The notes: generated from the sequence alone by a model not told the origin. A DNA stretch of 63,862 bases, filler included, from Intoshia linei (GCA_001642005.1; 10 parts of 10 records of this genome joined end to end with filler, not necessarily neighbours in it), one strand, 5' to 3'. Counted from the first letter of the whole stretch, positions 51,601 through 63,862 are shown. Numbers and translations are program-made.

Positions 51601-52610
51601 AAATTTATTTTTAAGTAATAAAGTTTTTAAACGATATAAGTCGACGTGTTTTTGACTTTCGATATTATCTTTTGTACTTTTCATCCAAAACTCTTTATCT
51701 TTAGTTTTGTACCTCTGTTTGTAGAATTGCAGTGATCATTATTAGCTCTTGTTAATTTAACGAGTTTCAAATGGTTAACAGCCGAAAAGATAATGAGTCC
51801 TGTTTTAGAGGACTTGACAAATATTCATTTGAGATGAATTTTGAAAATTGGGCAGAATCATTTCATTCTGGAATGATAGAAAAGGAGTTGTACTAATTCT
51901 TTTACTATAATGAAACTACCAAAAAAATTGGACTCCAAAATTAAAGAACTGGAAAGTTCCATTGAAAATGCCACCACTAATAAAAATAAATTGAAAAAGG
52001 AACTTGATTTCATGAAGCTTCGAGCTTATTCATTTTTAATTAAATGTTTGTCTAACTCTGTAAAGGATGCTTTGAGGCCTCTTTCTGACNNNNNNNNNNN
52101 NNNNNNNNNNNNNNNNNNNNNNNNNNNNNNNNNTTAATTAATTAANNNNNNNNNNNNNNNNNNNNNNNNNNNNNNNNNNNNNNNNNNNNGTATCGACTTC
52201 ATCTCGATTTGATGCAGTCGACCATGTACCTATTAGTATTCAATCAAGAAGGTGTATTCTGTGTAAAAAGAATTGTCGCATAGAATGCAATCAATGCATA
52301 AAAGCCTTACACATTAATACATGTTTTCAAAATTATCATTCAGAATTTGAATAATAAAATTTTATTTTAATGCTTTTGACTGTGATAATTTAATTTTGTT
52401 AATTACATTTCGAAAAAGTTAAAATAATCAAATCATCAAATTAATTTTGTCGTTACAAATATTGAATATAAACTTTTTTAAATAGCTGTTGCTATTAACA
52501 CTTACTCCTATTGGTTAAATTATCTGGGTTATGAATCATAAAAAATCTTTCTAATTTTTTAGCATGATAATTAGCTTCATAATGGGTAACAGGTAGGATT
52601 TTTAAGTCTT
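48678..52610 (-). CDS. PCID2: PCI domain-containing protein 2 (PCID2/Csn12), 3' exons; 5' part unresolved
   Basis: Exons 49815-49762 PLIDSDEAECILTNLIYK and 48761-48678 GYLRACISHKMKTIVLSKVSAFPGL match the PCID2 C-terminus. Tentative upstream exons near 51000-51030 and 52506-52610. Confidence 0.65.
48800..49743 (+). mobile_element. hAT-type element with a nested MITE at 49033-49250
   Basis: Outer 13-bp TIRs CAGCGTTTCTCAA / TTGAGAAACGCTG. Inner CAGTGATGG / CCATCGCTG with TSD CCCTTGGT / GCCTAGGT. Confidence 0.75.
51571..52089 (+). mobile_element. Copia-like 5' LTR, PBS and decayed gag start
   Basis: TGAAA...TTTCA (51571-51769), then TGG at 51772. NFENWAESF...KELY* followed by ...RAYSFLIKCLSNSV resembles copia gag. 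Confidence 0.5.
52190..52354 (+). mobile_element. piggyBac transposase C-terminal Cys-rich domain remnant
   Basis: RFDAVDHVP...RRCILCKKNCRIECNQCIKALHINTCFQNYH. Confidence 0.8.
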
Positions 52611-52625
52611 AAAGTTAAGACATTA

Positions 52626-53066
52626 TTAGATTTTCTTCATATGTATTATTTTTTCAAAGTTTATTGTATACATTATGTTTTGAAGCAAGAAAACGTTGTG
52701 TACTACTTTGTCTTTATCAAACAAATGAATTAGTTCTTTCTTTGTAGATGCAGCTAAATCTTTTCTTTTTTTTAAATTTTCTTTGTTCATNAAATGAATT
52801 AGTTCTTTCTTTGTAGATGCAGCTAAATCTTTTCTTTTTTTTAAATTATCTTTGTTCATGTTGCAGAAATAAAAAATTTTCGAAAAGCATGTTTTGTATA
52901 CAATAATTGTGAATAACAATTAGAACTTCACTTTAATTTGGATAAATCATGTTCATCGTTCACGTAGTAGAATGTTCACGATTCATTTACTTTTTTCATA
53001 ATAGATGATAACAAATTTTTTTTGTTGTTCATTATTGGAGAAGTTCACGTTATAGAGGGTTGACTG
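52626..53066 (-). mobile_element. Tigger-like 5' end
   Basis: TA|CAGTCAACCCTCTATAACGTGAAC terminus; KKRKDL...KKELI HTH-psq-like start. Confidence 0.65.
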
Positions 53067-53152
53067 TATAATAAAAGAATGATCTCGGCAGAGCTAGGTG
53101 CTGTTTGTACGTAGTACAAAACTGCCAAGCTAGTAAATATTATATTATCAAT

Positions 53153-53270
53153 CAGTGCATGATATCAAACGAAGTAATTTAATTAAATTTGAAAGTAATT
53201 GTATACCTATTTATAATATGTTTAAAGCTAAAACAAGAAAATGGAACAACGATTATAGTCAGTTCGGTTT
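53153..53270 (+). mobile_element. Buster-type hAT transposase N-terminus, cut by a gap
   Basis: ATG at 53218: MFKAKTRKWNNDYSQFG, resembling the KRK(W/Y)...Y..FGF start of Buster/ZBED transposases. Confidence 0.6.
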
Positions 53271-53877
53271 NNNNNNNNNNNNNNNNNNNNNNNNNNNNNN
53301 NNNNNNNNNNNNNNTTAATTAATTAANNNNNNNNNNNNNNNNNNNNNNNNNNNNNNNNNNNNNNNNNNNNTAAATGTATAATTAATTTTAATGTAATCTT
53401 ACGTACTCTATGACAATGACTATGCAACAGAGATTATATTGTTGATATGAGGCCCTAAAGCCATTATATGTGTTTTAAATAATAATTAGTTGAAATTTTG
53501 TGTATAGCATTAGCTTTAGCATAATGATTCATCATAATTATAAATGATTCTTTAATAATGAATTATGAATTTATAAATACATACATTTGCTAGATATAAA
53601 CTTAATTAGACACATACATATTTAAAATTTAAATTAAACAAAATTTTTTCTCATAAGCCATGTAGGTGACGCTTACTGTAAATTAAAAATGATATAAATG
53701 TTATACAGAATATAGTAGGCAGATTAAGAATAAAGAGTAAATGACAAAAAACATTTTAAATTTTTGGTTTAAAGCTAATCTATTTTAATCACTATTGCAT
53801 CACATTACAAATGTTACTACATATCACTGATAATAACTTTGAATAAAAAACGAAAACTATTTAGATTGATAATTACC

Positions 53878-56800
53878 AGTTTTGATAAAAAAATATTTTA
53901 TTTTCTCAACAAAAATTACAAAAATTAAAAATTTTTGGATGAAATATGGGTCCGTGGAGTTCTAAGTTTAAGATGTATATATCGATGTTACATAGTTTAA
54001 TATATATTATGTTTAAAATATAATTAAGTCTAATAAATTACCTCGTTAATAAATTCTCGAGATGGAATATGTTTAGTAAAAATGCTGAGATCTATACTCA
54101 AATTCTAATTATAAATTAAATAATATTAATAATATCCTACTAGTTCAAACATGGATGACATTTCAGAAATTTCATTTTCAATTTTTTCAAAATTGATTTG
54201 AGTAGCAAAACTGGATCTATAAAAATTTGATATTTATAATAAACAATTACACGAATCACTACCAAACTTCGGCCCTTAAGCCGTAATTTCTTTTTTTAGG
54301 TCGAATTTTTATAGAACTAATATTTTTTAAAAAGAAATTTCTCTAAATAATTTTTACTAAATGTAGAAAATACAGATATTGTCACAATCATACACATGTA
54401 TCATACAATCATGTCTACAATAGATTCTACATCATTAGAAACTGATTATTCTTACGTATAATATACGTAAGGATAATTTTTATATTTGACTAATATTACA
54501 AAAACCCCTTTTTATGGAAAAAACGTTCATATTATTAAAATATTTCATGTTTTTACTCCAAATTTGGTATATGTCTTAGTAAGTCATACATTAATCGTAT
54601 CCATGTTTAAAATAAAATCATTGACGCCAATTAAGAAAAAGGGGGAAAAGCGCGCGAAAACCTTAAAAAAGGAAAACCGCTTAGTGTTTTTAGGGGTTTT
54701 AAGTACTCTCTTCATCGTGGTATAGGGTATTTTCAACAAAAATCAATTTTTGTATAAAACGAACAGCCCTAACGTATATAATATGCTACAAAATATTTGT
54801 GTGTGTTCCAACTTATTGAAATAACTACCAGTCTTAGAATTTTATAAAGTCTACATTTGAATTACAGTTTTTTTCCGGGACATATAATAAGATAAATTTC
54901 AACATCCAAAACTAACATCTTACGGGTCAAAAACTTCAATTATCCTTTTTTTTTTGAAAATCAATTAAGTTGGAGATTTTAAAAAAATATATATCCTGAT
55001 ACGGATTTTAAAATCATAAACATTATCATAAATTTAAATTAAAAAAAATTATATTTTCAGGGGCCAAAACTCGAAATTACCCTTCTTTTTTTAATGAAAA
55101 CAACCCTATGATTTCAAAAAATGTACAGGTGGTACAGTTATATCCTATTAATTTAAAGTTATCCTTTTTTATTTTTACAAGGGTGCTGGAAATAATTGAT
55201 CTGGCTAACGGGGGCGTTAAACTTTAAAAAGGTTAAGAAACCCTGCTCTAGAGAATGGACATCTCTATTATTCTTTGGTGGGACGTGCAAAATAATTAGG
55301 CTAGGGAGGGTTGTAATCGTTGATGTATGGATTTAGATTGGGTATACTTATTTTTTTCGTTAAATAAATTAGATTGCAGATGATCAGAGTAGATTTTTGT
55401 AAACCTAGTAGTCGCTCGCAAAAGTGAACACTAAAATTGCCCTTTATAAAATTCATATGAATTGTCAAATTTCTGGTAACCTAAATTAAAGCTTAATATA
55501 ATGGTTCTTAACGGTAGACAAATCGCTATTTACCATATATTCGAAACAAATATAGTATTTTTAATTTATTTTTAAATTTTTATACCGATTTTGAGTGGCC
55601 CGGTAAAATAATATGAGAACTGTACTGGTTCGCGGACCAGTGATAGGGAAACGCTGAATTATTTATCTGAGATTCCTTCACTAAAGTTCATCCTGAACTC
55701 TTAAGTCACACTCTGAACGGATGATAATATACAATGTATATTATACATAGAATGAATATTAAAGAAAAAATACATAGTAGCATCAGCAGTACTGTTAACA
55801 TTTAGTTTACTATCAATTTCTTGAATCTCTGGAATATCGGGTAAATCTTCTAAAATAATTTGTACTGAAATAATTTTTGATGAACCTTCATCTGATTTTA
55901 TGTCATTTAGTTGTTCTCTAAAATAGTGTACATAATATTTGCTAAATGTGTAGTTTTTATTAGATAATTACCCCATAAATATATTTTAACGTTGATATTT
56001 AAAAGATAAAATGTGACAGATTTTTGACACAATCCTTACTTATATAAAGTAAAACTAGATTTACTATAATGCAGGGCCGTGGAGATCCAACAGTAGGCCC
56101 GATCAGATGGAAATTGTAGCCCTATACATTTTATTAAAAAAATGGGCCTCTATACATTGCTTAATCGATCGTTCATTGTCTAAAAATTAAAAATAACCGA
56201 TAATTTTGGTATACTTAAGTATTTTTCCAACTTTTACTATTAATAAATTAAAAAAATGTGCCCTCGTAATTGTAGACCGAGTCATATGGACCCTAGTCCT
56301 CGTTCCACGATCCTGATGTTATGTACTTAGTTATCTAGTACTTAGTACACATTATCTAGATCTGCAGAGGGGGTACTTTTTAATTTTAGAGTCGTTTGTT
56401 TTATTTTTTAGACACTCAATGATTGAGTGTATTTTATTGTACAATGTATATTGTATTTTGACAAAACTTGCCCATAATCACCAATAACCTTTCGGAACAT
56501 CTGTTGAGTATGACAGTATTTAATAAACTGTGATAATACTGTGTATTATGTCATATGTTTATAAACGTAATATGTCTTGTAAATCTCAAAAAGGCATAAA
56601 CTTTAATTAATTATTAGCTAATATCTATGATATGTTTTATAATAATGGAATTATATAGTGGCATTAGTGGACTTAAAAATATTGTAAGCAGTAGTTCGTA
56701 TATATTAATGTAAATAATAAGTTATAATATAATGATATAAGAAAATTTGAATAAATCTAATTTATCGCTGTGTAATCACTTTTTTTTGTCAACAGTAGTC

Positions 56801-56914
56801 CATCCTATTATTTTTTCTTTGTTTTGAACCTATAAGATTAAATGGATTAAAATAAACAGATACAACTTTCTTAGTCCGTATGGTCATATCGATATTATCC
56901 TCAGTGTCCGACAT
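53878..56914 (-). CDS. Unidentified multi-exon gene; exon chain only partly resolved
   Basis: Phase-compatible short-intron exons: MSDTEDNIDMTIRTKKV|VQNKEKIIGWTTVDKK; KYYVHYFREQLND...LEDLPDIPEIQEID (~55775-55941); SSFATQINF...MFEL|NLSIDL...FINE|NSTDPYFIQ (~54217-53878). Confidence 0.5.
54767..55150 (+). mobile_element. Helitron 5' fragment
   Basis: Same family sequence; another fragment at 57270-57469. Confidence 0.8.
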
Positions 56915-57111
56915 CTAATCGTCTTTGTTTGATATTGCTAGATACTCAATAGCAACAAAGAAACATTTTATCCCCGGATTATTCAGTTAAATTAAACAAT
57001 GGTGCTCATTGAATCGACTCAGTTAATATATCCGACACAACTGTATCAACGCATTAATAAAGTTACATATCTAAAATTGTTTATTTAAAACTATTTACAA
57101 GATATTTTAAA

Positions 57112-57234
57112 ATGACGGGATTCTTTCAACGAATACTAGATTGGTTTAGAAATTTATTCTGGAAGGAAGAAATGGAACTTACATTGGTTGGACCAAGTAA
57201 CTCAGGAAAAACAACCTTTCTCAATGTTATTGCT
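57112..57234 (+). CDS. ARL8: ARL8 small GTPase, exon 1 only
   Basis: [19 protein letters not shown]...[11 protein letters not shown] followed by a GTACGT donor; later exons not found. Confidence 0.9.
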
Positions 57235-57569
57235 GTACGTCAATTTATTTATTTACATATAATTTATTATAAGTTAGCGATTCTTGTTTGTGTGTCTGTA
57301 TTTTAGCTTTAGTATTATACAGTATATAGCAGTAGTATATGTTCAGCTTTATTTAAATAACTAATCGTCTTAGAATTTTTTAAAGACCACATTTCAATCA
57401 CAGTTTTTTCCGGGGCGTATAATAAGATAAATTTCAACCTCCCAATTTTACATCTTACGGGTCAAAAACNNNNNNNNNNNNNNNNNNNNNNNNNNNNNNN
57501 NNNNNNNNNNNNNTTAATTAATTAANNNNNNNNNNNNNNNNNNNNNNNNNNNNNNNNNNNNNNNNNNNN

Positions 57570-58203
57570 GCAGCTTTAATATCAGCACCTCCAGACTCAC
57601 CACATAACTTGTAAGATTTAATTTAATTTCTTTTTTTAAACCCTTGCAACTATCCTCGTGAAAATTCACATTTTGTACTATTAAATTCCTTATTTTTCAT
57701 ACTTTTAACTTCAACAAGTAACGTTTCTTCCGTAATAGAATTATTATTTTCCCTCTGTTCAACAAACCAACCGTAAAGGTTTTTTCGACCACTGAACATT
57801 TTGGTTTTCTCATTCTTTTAAATGTTCCCATAATTTCAGGTACATTTGAATTTTTGTAAAAATCCATCATTTTTGATTTATTTCGCTGGACTGTATAAAT
57901 GGTACTAGTTGACTTGTTCAATTTGGTCGATATTTCTTTAACTGATATACCTTCATTGAGCATTCTAATTATCTCTAATTTTTCGTTTAATGTGATAGTT
58001 TTTTTCATTATTTTGAAATTTAAATCAATTTAATTTTATTACAATGTCAATAATTGTGAGCAATAAAATATTCACTCAAATTCATATCACACTATGTTAT
58101 GCTTGCATGCATTACGTAAATGCTTATCTAAATAAATTTCTACTAACGAAACATTTTCAAAAAGTTATCTACTAAACTTGTCTCTACTAACGAAACTAGA
58201 CTG
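57570..58203 (-). mobile_element. Tigger/pogo 5' end (HTH-psq plus CENP-B HTH), disrupted
   Basis: KTITLNEKLEII...SKSTSTI-like HTH; SRG*LQGFKKRN...CGES; terminus TA|CAGTCTAGTTTCGTTAG. Confidence 0.85.
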
Positions 58204-58229
58204 TATTTACAAAATTATTAATTATGCAC

Positions 58230-58832
58230 GCTTTCAGAATAATCGAAGTTTTTGCTCAAATAGAAATGTAACGGTGGTGAATGCATTGTATGGTCTTAAA
58301 TATAATATCGTTAGGATATTTTCGAAATATTTTAATTCTAAATATATCTAGGTTAATAGATCCTATATCATTAGAAGAATAAAATGACTACGATTACAAT
58401 GAAATTGACGTGGTTTTATGCGATGATTGTTCCAATATTGCTCTCAATGATAACTCTCACAATATTATAACAGATAAACAGGAAAATGAGGAAGACAATG
58501 TAAAATATCATTTAAATATGATTGAAAAACATTTTAAACAAGATGACTGTAGCGCATAGGCGCTAGGAGATGGAGGGAAAGAAGATATATTTATTGTCAG
58601 ACTTGTTTTTATAATTTTTGTTTATTAAATATTCAAAAGACGTTTTTACATTACAATGACAATTTTAACATCAGTGCAACACGATAAATAAAAAATCTAA
58701 ACAGTTACACAAAAAAAGAAGTCTGAATAATGCAATATTTTAAAATAATTAAAAAATAAATATTATAATTATGTTCCGTTATTCGCCGATATTTCTTATG
58801 TCCATTTTTGGCTAATAACGGAGGTTATACTG
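58230..58832 (+). mobile_element. Decayed Tigger-like 3' end
   Basis: Acidic broken frame followed by terminus ATAACGGAGGTTATACTG|TA. Confidence 0.5.
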
Positions 58833-58938
58833 TAAACTAAAAGTGATAGTATGTATTTTTCTGGCCACTTTACTTAAAAAGAAACCTAATTTCCATAATA
58901 ACAACTAAAAATGTATATTTATTTTAAAGAATTTGAAT

Positions 58939-61900
58939 ATGGACATTGAAAATATATGCAAATTATACAATTTCCCACCATTCTTCACGTTAGTATTTGT
59001 AAATAACATTTATTTAAGTAGTTTTAATTAACTCTGTCAGTCAGTAATAAAGATAAATGATTCTGGTTTGCGCGTTAAATAAATAAAATGGTTCTCAAAC
59101 TTTAATAGTGTCACCTAGTGAAAAATAACTTACTCAACATTTATTCTACCTTTAATTTCCCATTTTATTATAATATGCGTAGTCAGTTACAACAATAATA
59201 TAACAAGCTAAAGACACAAAAATAAAAAACAGGTCCAAAAAAATTCGTAAATGATGCATAGCGTCATATGCCTCTAGCCACCTCTCCAATTCTCTTGAAT
59301 AGACATTTTAAATTTGACACAATCATTATTTATACTCGACAATATAATTTTTTAATGCTCAATTTTATTCCCCATTTTTAAAAATTTCATCGAGCCACTT
59401 CTATTTATACACTCGAAAAGTGCGGTTTATTCGATAATGTGCGTAGTAAATAATAATATAACAATTGAAAAGCTTATCTCAAATTAATAATGTAGTCTTC
59501 AAGTTACAGAAAACTCCAAATTGATTCAACTTCAAATGTGGACAAATCTTATTATTCAATACTGCAGACAAAATAAATTGTTTAAAATTAATTTTAAATC
59601 AAACTCAGACTCTGAATTTCCTCTATTTAATAACCCAAACATTAACAGTTAATTTCATTTTTATCAAATTTAGTTATTTAACTCTTATAGCCTAGATATA
59701 ATTATACATTTTAGGGACTGCTGGTGACAATTTAATTAGTGCAATTAGAAAAACCATGGAGAATTCTGGTAAATACTTTTGATGAATTTTAATCACATTC
59801 TCATACCCGAACCTAACGTACGTAACCTTTCCTCTGAAATAGATGGGTGGTTCGACTATGAAATTTTTGTATAATAGTCCCCTCATTTTTTGATTATCAT
59901 AATTTTCACGTCAAGTCATGTGCATTTTGGTGGTTGACTTACGTTACATTCCGCTCCGTTTGCAAAAAATTTTTAAAGCAATATAATTGATTTTCGAGGT
60001 CTAGTATAGTAGATTCGGCCTGTTACTTTTGATAGTACATTTTTACATGTATTAAAATTTGGTAAGTGACTAAATCATCTTCTGGCAATTTTTATACTTT
60101 GAAGTTTTTATTTGTGGACCAGCACGTAAAAATTGTATAGCAAAAACATAAACATGACAGCAGCCTACATTAATTAAAAATTGTCTTTAAATTTTTTTTT
60201 CTCGTAAAAAATATCTTCAATTTCTTGAAAATGCTAAAAAGGTATACCCTTTTGAAACCCAGGCGTCAATTGAAAATAATTTGTTTTTTATTTTTCCATT
60301 AAAAGAATAAAATAAACTGATGCATATATATCTGTGACGGTTGAACCGTCAATATTGATTCTATAATTTTACAATTCATGTTCTTTAGATAGAATCTTAA
60401 AATGTGACGGAAAAGATTTCGTTTTATGGAACACTATTACTGAATGGGTCGATATATTCATTAACTGGGTAAAAATTCTATATTATTTCCCCACTAATTT
60501 AAATCATATTAAAATTTTACTTTTGATAATTTTAGGCGCGAGAAACATTACCTTCGGGTGGAATATATACAGTCCATGAATTATTATGTGATGAAAAAAA
60601 CAAACATTTAGGTAAAATTAATTAAAATTAAAACTGAAGGCAGGTATTGTCAAAATTCACACTTTTCTGTTGTCCACGTAACCGTTAGTTGTCAGATTTA
60701 TATATTGACAATAATTTTACTCTGTACCCCGAAATACGCAAAGTACGTTTAGATTTAATCATCTAAAAAATCGGGTTTTACTAACCCTAAAAAAAAAATT
60801 TCAGTTTTACCAACCCTAAAAGAAAAATTCTAGTTTTACCAACCTTTAAGGAAAAAATCGGGTTTTACTAACTCTAAAAGGAAAAATTTTTGTTTTACCA
60901 ACTTTTAAGGGAAAAATCGGGTTTTACTAACCCTAAAAGGAAAAATTTCAGTTTTACCAACCTTTAAGGAAAAAATCGGGTTTTACTAACTCTAAAAGGA
61001 AAAATTTCAGTTTTACCAACCCTAAAAGAAAAATTTTAGTTTTACCAACCTTTAAGGAAAAAATCGGGTTTTACTAATTTTAAAAGGAAAAATTTCAGTT
61101 TTACCAACCCTAAAAGGAAAATTCTAGTTTTACCAACCTTTAAGGGAAAAATCGGGTTTTATTAACCCTAAAAGGAAAAATTTTTGTTTTACCAACTTTT
61201 AAGGGAAAAATCGGGTTTTACCAACCCTAAAAGGAAAAATTTTTGTTTTACCAACATTTAAGGGAAAAATCGGGTTTTACCAATTTTTATAGAAAAAATC
61301 TAGTTTTACCAACCCTAAAACGAAAATTCTAGTTTTACTAACCTTTAAGGGAAAAATCGGGTTTTACTAACCTTAAAAGGAAAAATTTCAGTTTTACCAA
61401 CCCTAAAAGAAAAATTTTAGTTTTACCAACCTTTAAGGAAAAAATCGGGTTTTACTAACTTTAAAAGGAAAAATTTCAGTTTTACCAACCCTAAAAGAAA
61501 AATTCTAGTTTTACCAACCTTTAAGGAAAAAATCTGGTTTTACTAACTCTAAAATGAAAACTCTAGTTTTACCAACCTTTATCTTCTTTATATTTTGCCT
61601 TAAAGGTTGGTAAATTTTGATTTTTACAAAAATGGTTGGATTTAAGTAAAAATGGTAGGGTTTAAGAATATTCTCTTTTAAAAATGACGAGTATATAAAA
61701 TGTAAGTACAAAATGAGATTTTAATCTTAGGCATTAGAATATAAAGACGCCCATTTGTTTATTATTTTTAATTTTTTTGATACGCATGAAATAATTTAAA
61801 TTGATGACATGGTATTTTGGCTAGTAAATTTAATTGCTTGTTTCAAATATGAAAGGGTCAACATTCCATTTGAATACGTTTTGAAAGAGGCGTGTTTATT

Positions 61901-62242
61901 TTATAGGTATAATATTTTTACTCATCTATTAAATTTTTGACATTTTGCTTATTAGCTTTGTTATAATTTCATGTAAAAAACAATCAAAGTGTTTAAGAGT
62001 TAACAGCCATTTTTTGACATACATTTCGGGTGGTAAAAAAGTAAAATATTACTTTACGTCGAATAAGTGTTTCGGGTATACCAGGTTATTTATTGATATA
62101 TTTTACTATGTACTGAAATAATTTAGAATTTTATAAAATGGACGAACAACTTTTCGTAATAATACTCAACAAATTGGAGAAATTGAATATAATCGAATTT
62201 TTTACTGCCAATAATTTGCCCGGAATAAAATATTTAGGTTAA
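58939..62242 (+). CDS. VPS25: ESCRT-II subunit VPS25, 6 exons; missed by the ORF track
   Basis: YNFPPFFT|LQ...QLQMWTNLIIQYCR...PLFNNPNIN|R...|...VLWNTITEWVDIFINW|...IYTVHELL...|EFYKMDE...GIKYLG; all GT-AG and phase-consistent. Confidence 0.92.
60766..61580. repeat. 29-bp satellite, ~28 copies, higher-order structure, in the last VPS25 intron
   Basis: GTTTTAC recurs at 60775, 60804, 60833, 60862 and onward; variants TCGGG / TTCAG / TCTAG cycle in 2- and 3-mers. Confidence 0.95.
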
Positions 62243-62842
62243 AAAAAGTTTTGTACTTTTACTTATAAAACTAAAATATTCACATGTATTAAAAAATTTT
62301 GTTTTTCAATTCTAGACCATGTAAAATCTTCAAAGTAGAAAAAAGATAAATATGATTCAGTTTCCGTCTTTTCCGTCTAATAATGCAAAATTTTTTTAAT
62401 AATTTAATTACAACGATAAATATATATTTTGACATGTAATATAAAATTACAATTGTTTCTAATTATTAAAATAGGATAACATATTGTTTATACTGGAAGA
62501 TAAGGCTTTAATAAACCCTAAATCTCTTTGACTATTGATTCCACGGAATAATCTCTTTTTCATGACTTTTAAAAATTCGTCAGGGCTCAATTTTCCATCT
62601 TCTAAAAAGTTAAACATATTTTAAAAAAAACATAAAATGCAAAATTTTTATCGAATTACAGTGGTTTCTGTTCAATATGAATACTGTTTAATATGAATTC
62701 ATGCTTATATGAATTTCATGAAAATAAAAGTTAGATTTGTATNNNNNNNNNNNNNNNNNNNNNNNNNNNNNNNNNNNNNNNNNNNNTTAATTAATTAANN
62801 NNNNNNNNNNNNNNNNNNNNNNNNNNNNNNNNNNNNNNNNNN

Positions 62843-63087
62843 AATTATAACACCCTCATATCTAAAAAAAACTATATATATGATAAATATGATTCATCAA
62901 CTGATTAATCTTCAACTATTATATTATTATGAATCACATATCTATATATATCTCACTCTAATTTTTCTCCTCTTTTCTCTCATCACACATACTGGAAGGG
63001 AACTGTAACGTTGTATACTAACATCTGTATAACAAAGTTATGTTTGACATTATTCTTTACTACTCTAAACGTTTTTGAAAGATTACA
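62843..63087 (+). mobile_element. Second Gypsy-like 3' end with PPT and ~84-bp LTR
   Basis: Frameshifted IITPSYLK.NYIY...D* resembles the integrase tail at 31257. ACTGGAAGGGAAC|TGTAACGTT...ATTACA (63004-63087). Confidence 0.55.
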
Positions 63088-63299
63088 AAGACTTATTAAA
63101 CGATGAAATATTTAATTGTTAATTAAAGATTTATAATATTCTTCAAGACTTTACAGGCATATCAGTATCAATTTAATAAATACTTAAAAATTCCAATTGT
63201 GTATATATAATTAATTAAATCTTTAGTCGAATTTTATCATTATTGCAGAGGATTGTAATATAAAAATGTGTCCATACTTTTGGCCTTTTTTCTTGTGAA

Positions 63300-63862
63300 T
63301 GTTACTTTTCTTTTTAGCATTTTATGTTAAATTTGTAACAATTATCAATAAAAAAATAACACGTTTCAGTTAATATAAATTTAATTTTATAAATTCGTTG
63401 CTGTAGTGTTAAAATTTGAAGATTATATAAAATGTTATGAAAATGAAAATTTGAAATTTAAAAATTGTGTAGCAATGAAAAAAATTCCGACAGAATGATA
63501 TATATAGATTTTTACCCATATGTTTTTATTGGAAATGTGTAGACGTACAATGGACATTTTTTGAAATTGTAGGATCAATATTTACATTTTCAATTTTTGA
63601 ATTTAATCGAAATATTTAAAAAATAATGGTTGATAATATATTAAAAAGTAGATTTCTAGGGTTGAAATTTTGTATTTATATCAACTGGAATAAGCTCTAT
63701 CAGAATCTTTTTTTTTCTTTTAATTTGCGGATGCTTAATTATTTCACATCTTTTATTTTAATAAAATATTTCGGAAAAAAATATATGAATACTTAAATGC
63801 TTTTTTGGCCGTGAAGTCGTCACTTATTCGGATTGAAATTTTCTGTATGTGTTAACAGGATA
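63300..63862 (-). mobile_element. Helitron fragment running off the window end
   Basis: Collinear with ~37330-37870. Confidence 0.85.

Noticed and set aside
52560-52618. piggyBac right TIR ending in TTAA
   Set aside because: No GGG-TTAA end; the region is better read as a minus-strand PCID2 exon.
52731-52859. ~60-bp tandem duplication around a single N
   Set aside because: Most likely an unmerged contig overlap.
56412-56430. ACACTCAAT-G-ATTGAGTGT palindrome
   Set aside because: Single short palindrome with no supporting context.
56830-56863. GTATCT-starting intron as a second U12 intron
   Set aside because: Lacks the CCTT of the U12 donor and is only about 34 nt; treated as U2.
60766-61580. 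CRISPR-like or telomeric array
   Set aside because: No unique spacers, eukaryotic intronic context, and no contiguous (CCCTAA)n.

Overview
AT-rich (roughly 75-80% by eye) eukaryotic draft scaffold with nine 100-nt gap spacers. The gene content (caspase, CEP126-like, MARVEL, NWD) points to a metazoan. Many introns are only about 30-45 nt and the proteins are highly divergent; this would fit a reduced invertebrate such as an orthonectid, but the species cannot be confirmed here. Spliced genes assembled by hand: IST1 (-), PUS10 (+), WDHD1/AND-1 (-, WD40-SepB-HMG), an orphan secreted protein (+), an effector caspase (-), a CKLF/CMTM-like MARVEL protein (-), the 3' part of a NACHT-WD40 NWD gene (-), a divergent VPS10/sortilin-like receptor (-), CIAO2B/FAM96B (+), CEP126-like (+), the 3' part of PCID2 (-), an unidentified multi-exon gene (-), ARL8 exon 1 (+) and VPS25 (+). 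Introns and intergenic DNA hold a non-autonomous Helitron family (more than 12 fragments), Buster-type hAT MITEs, Tigger/Tc1/piggyBac/Gypsy/Copia remnants and two tandem arrays. Most notable: a clear U12-type AT-AC intron in CIAO2B; Helitron 5' ends that create U12-like donor sequences; a U7-like small RNA candidate; a 29-bp MITE-related higher-order satellite containing TAACCCTAA; Gypsy LTRs of only about 84-127 bp; and a co-oriented NWD-MARVEL-caspase cluster. No new multi-gene system is demonstrable from sequence alone; the cluster ideas are hypotheses. All family assignments are from recalled motifs, not database searches.
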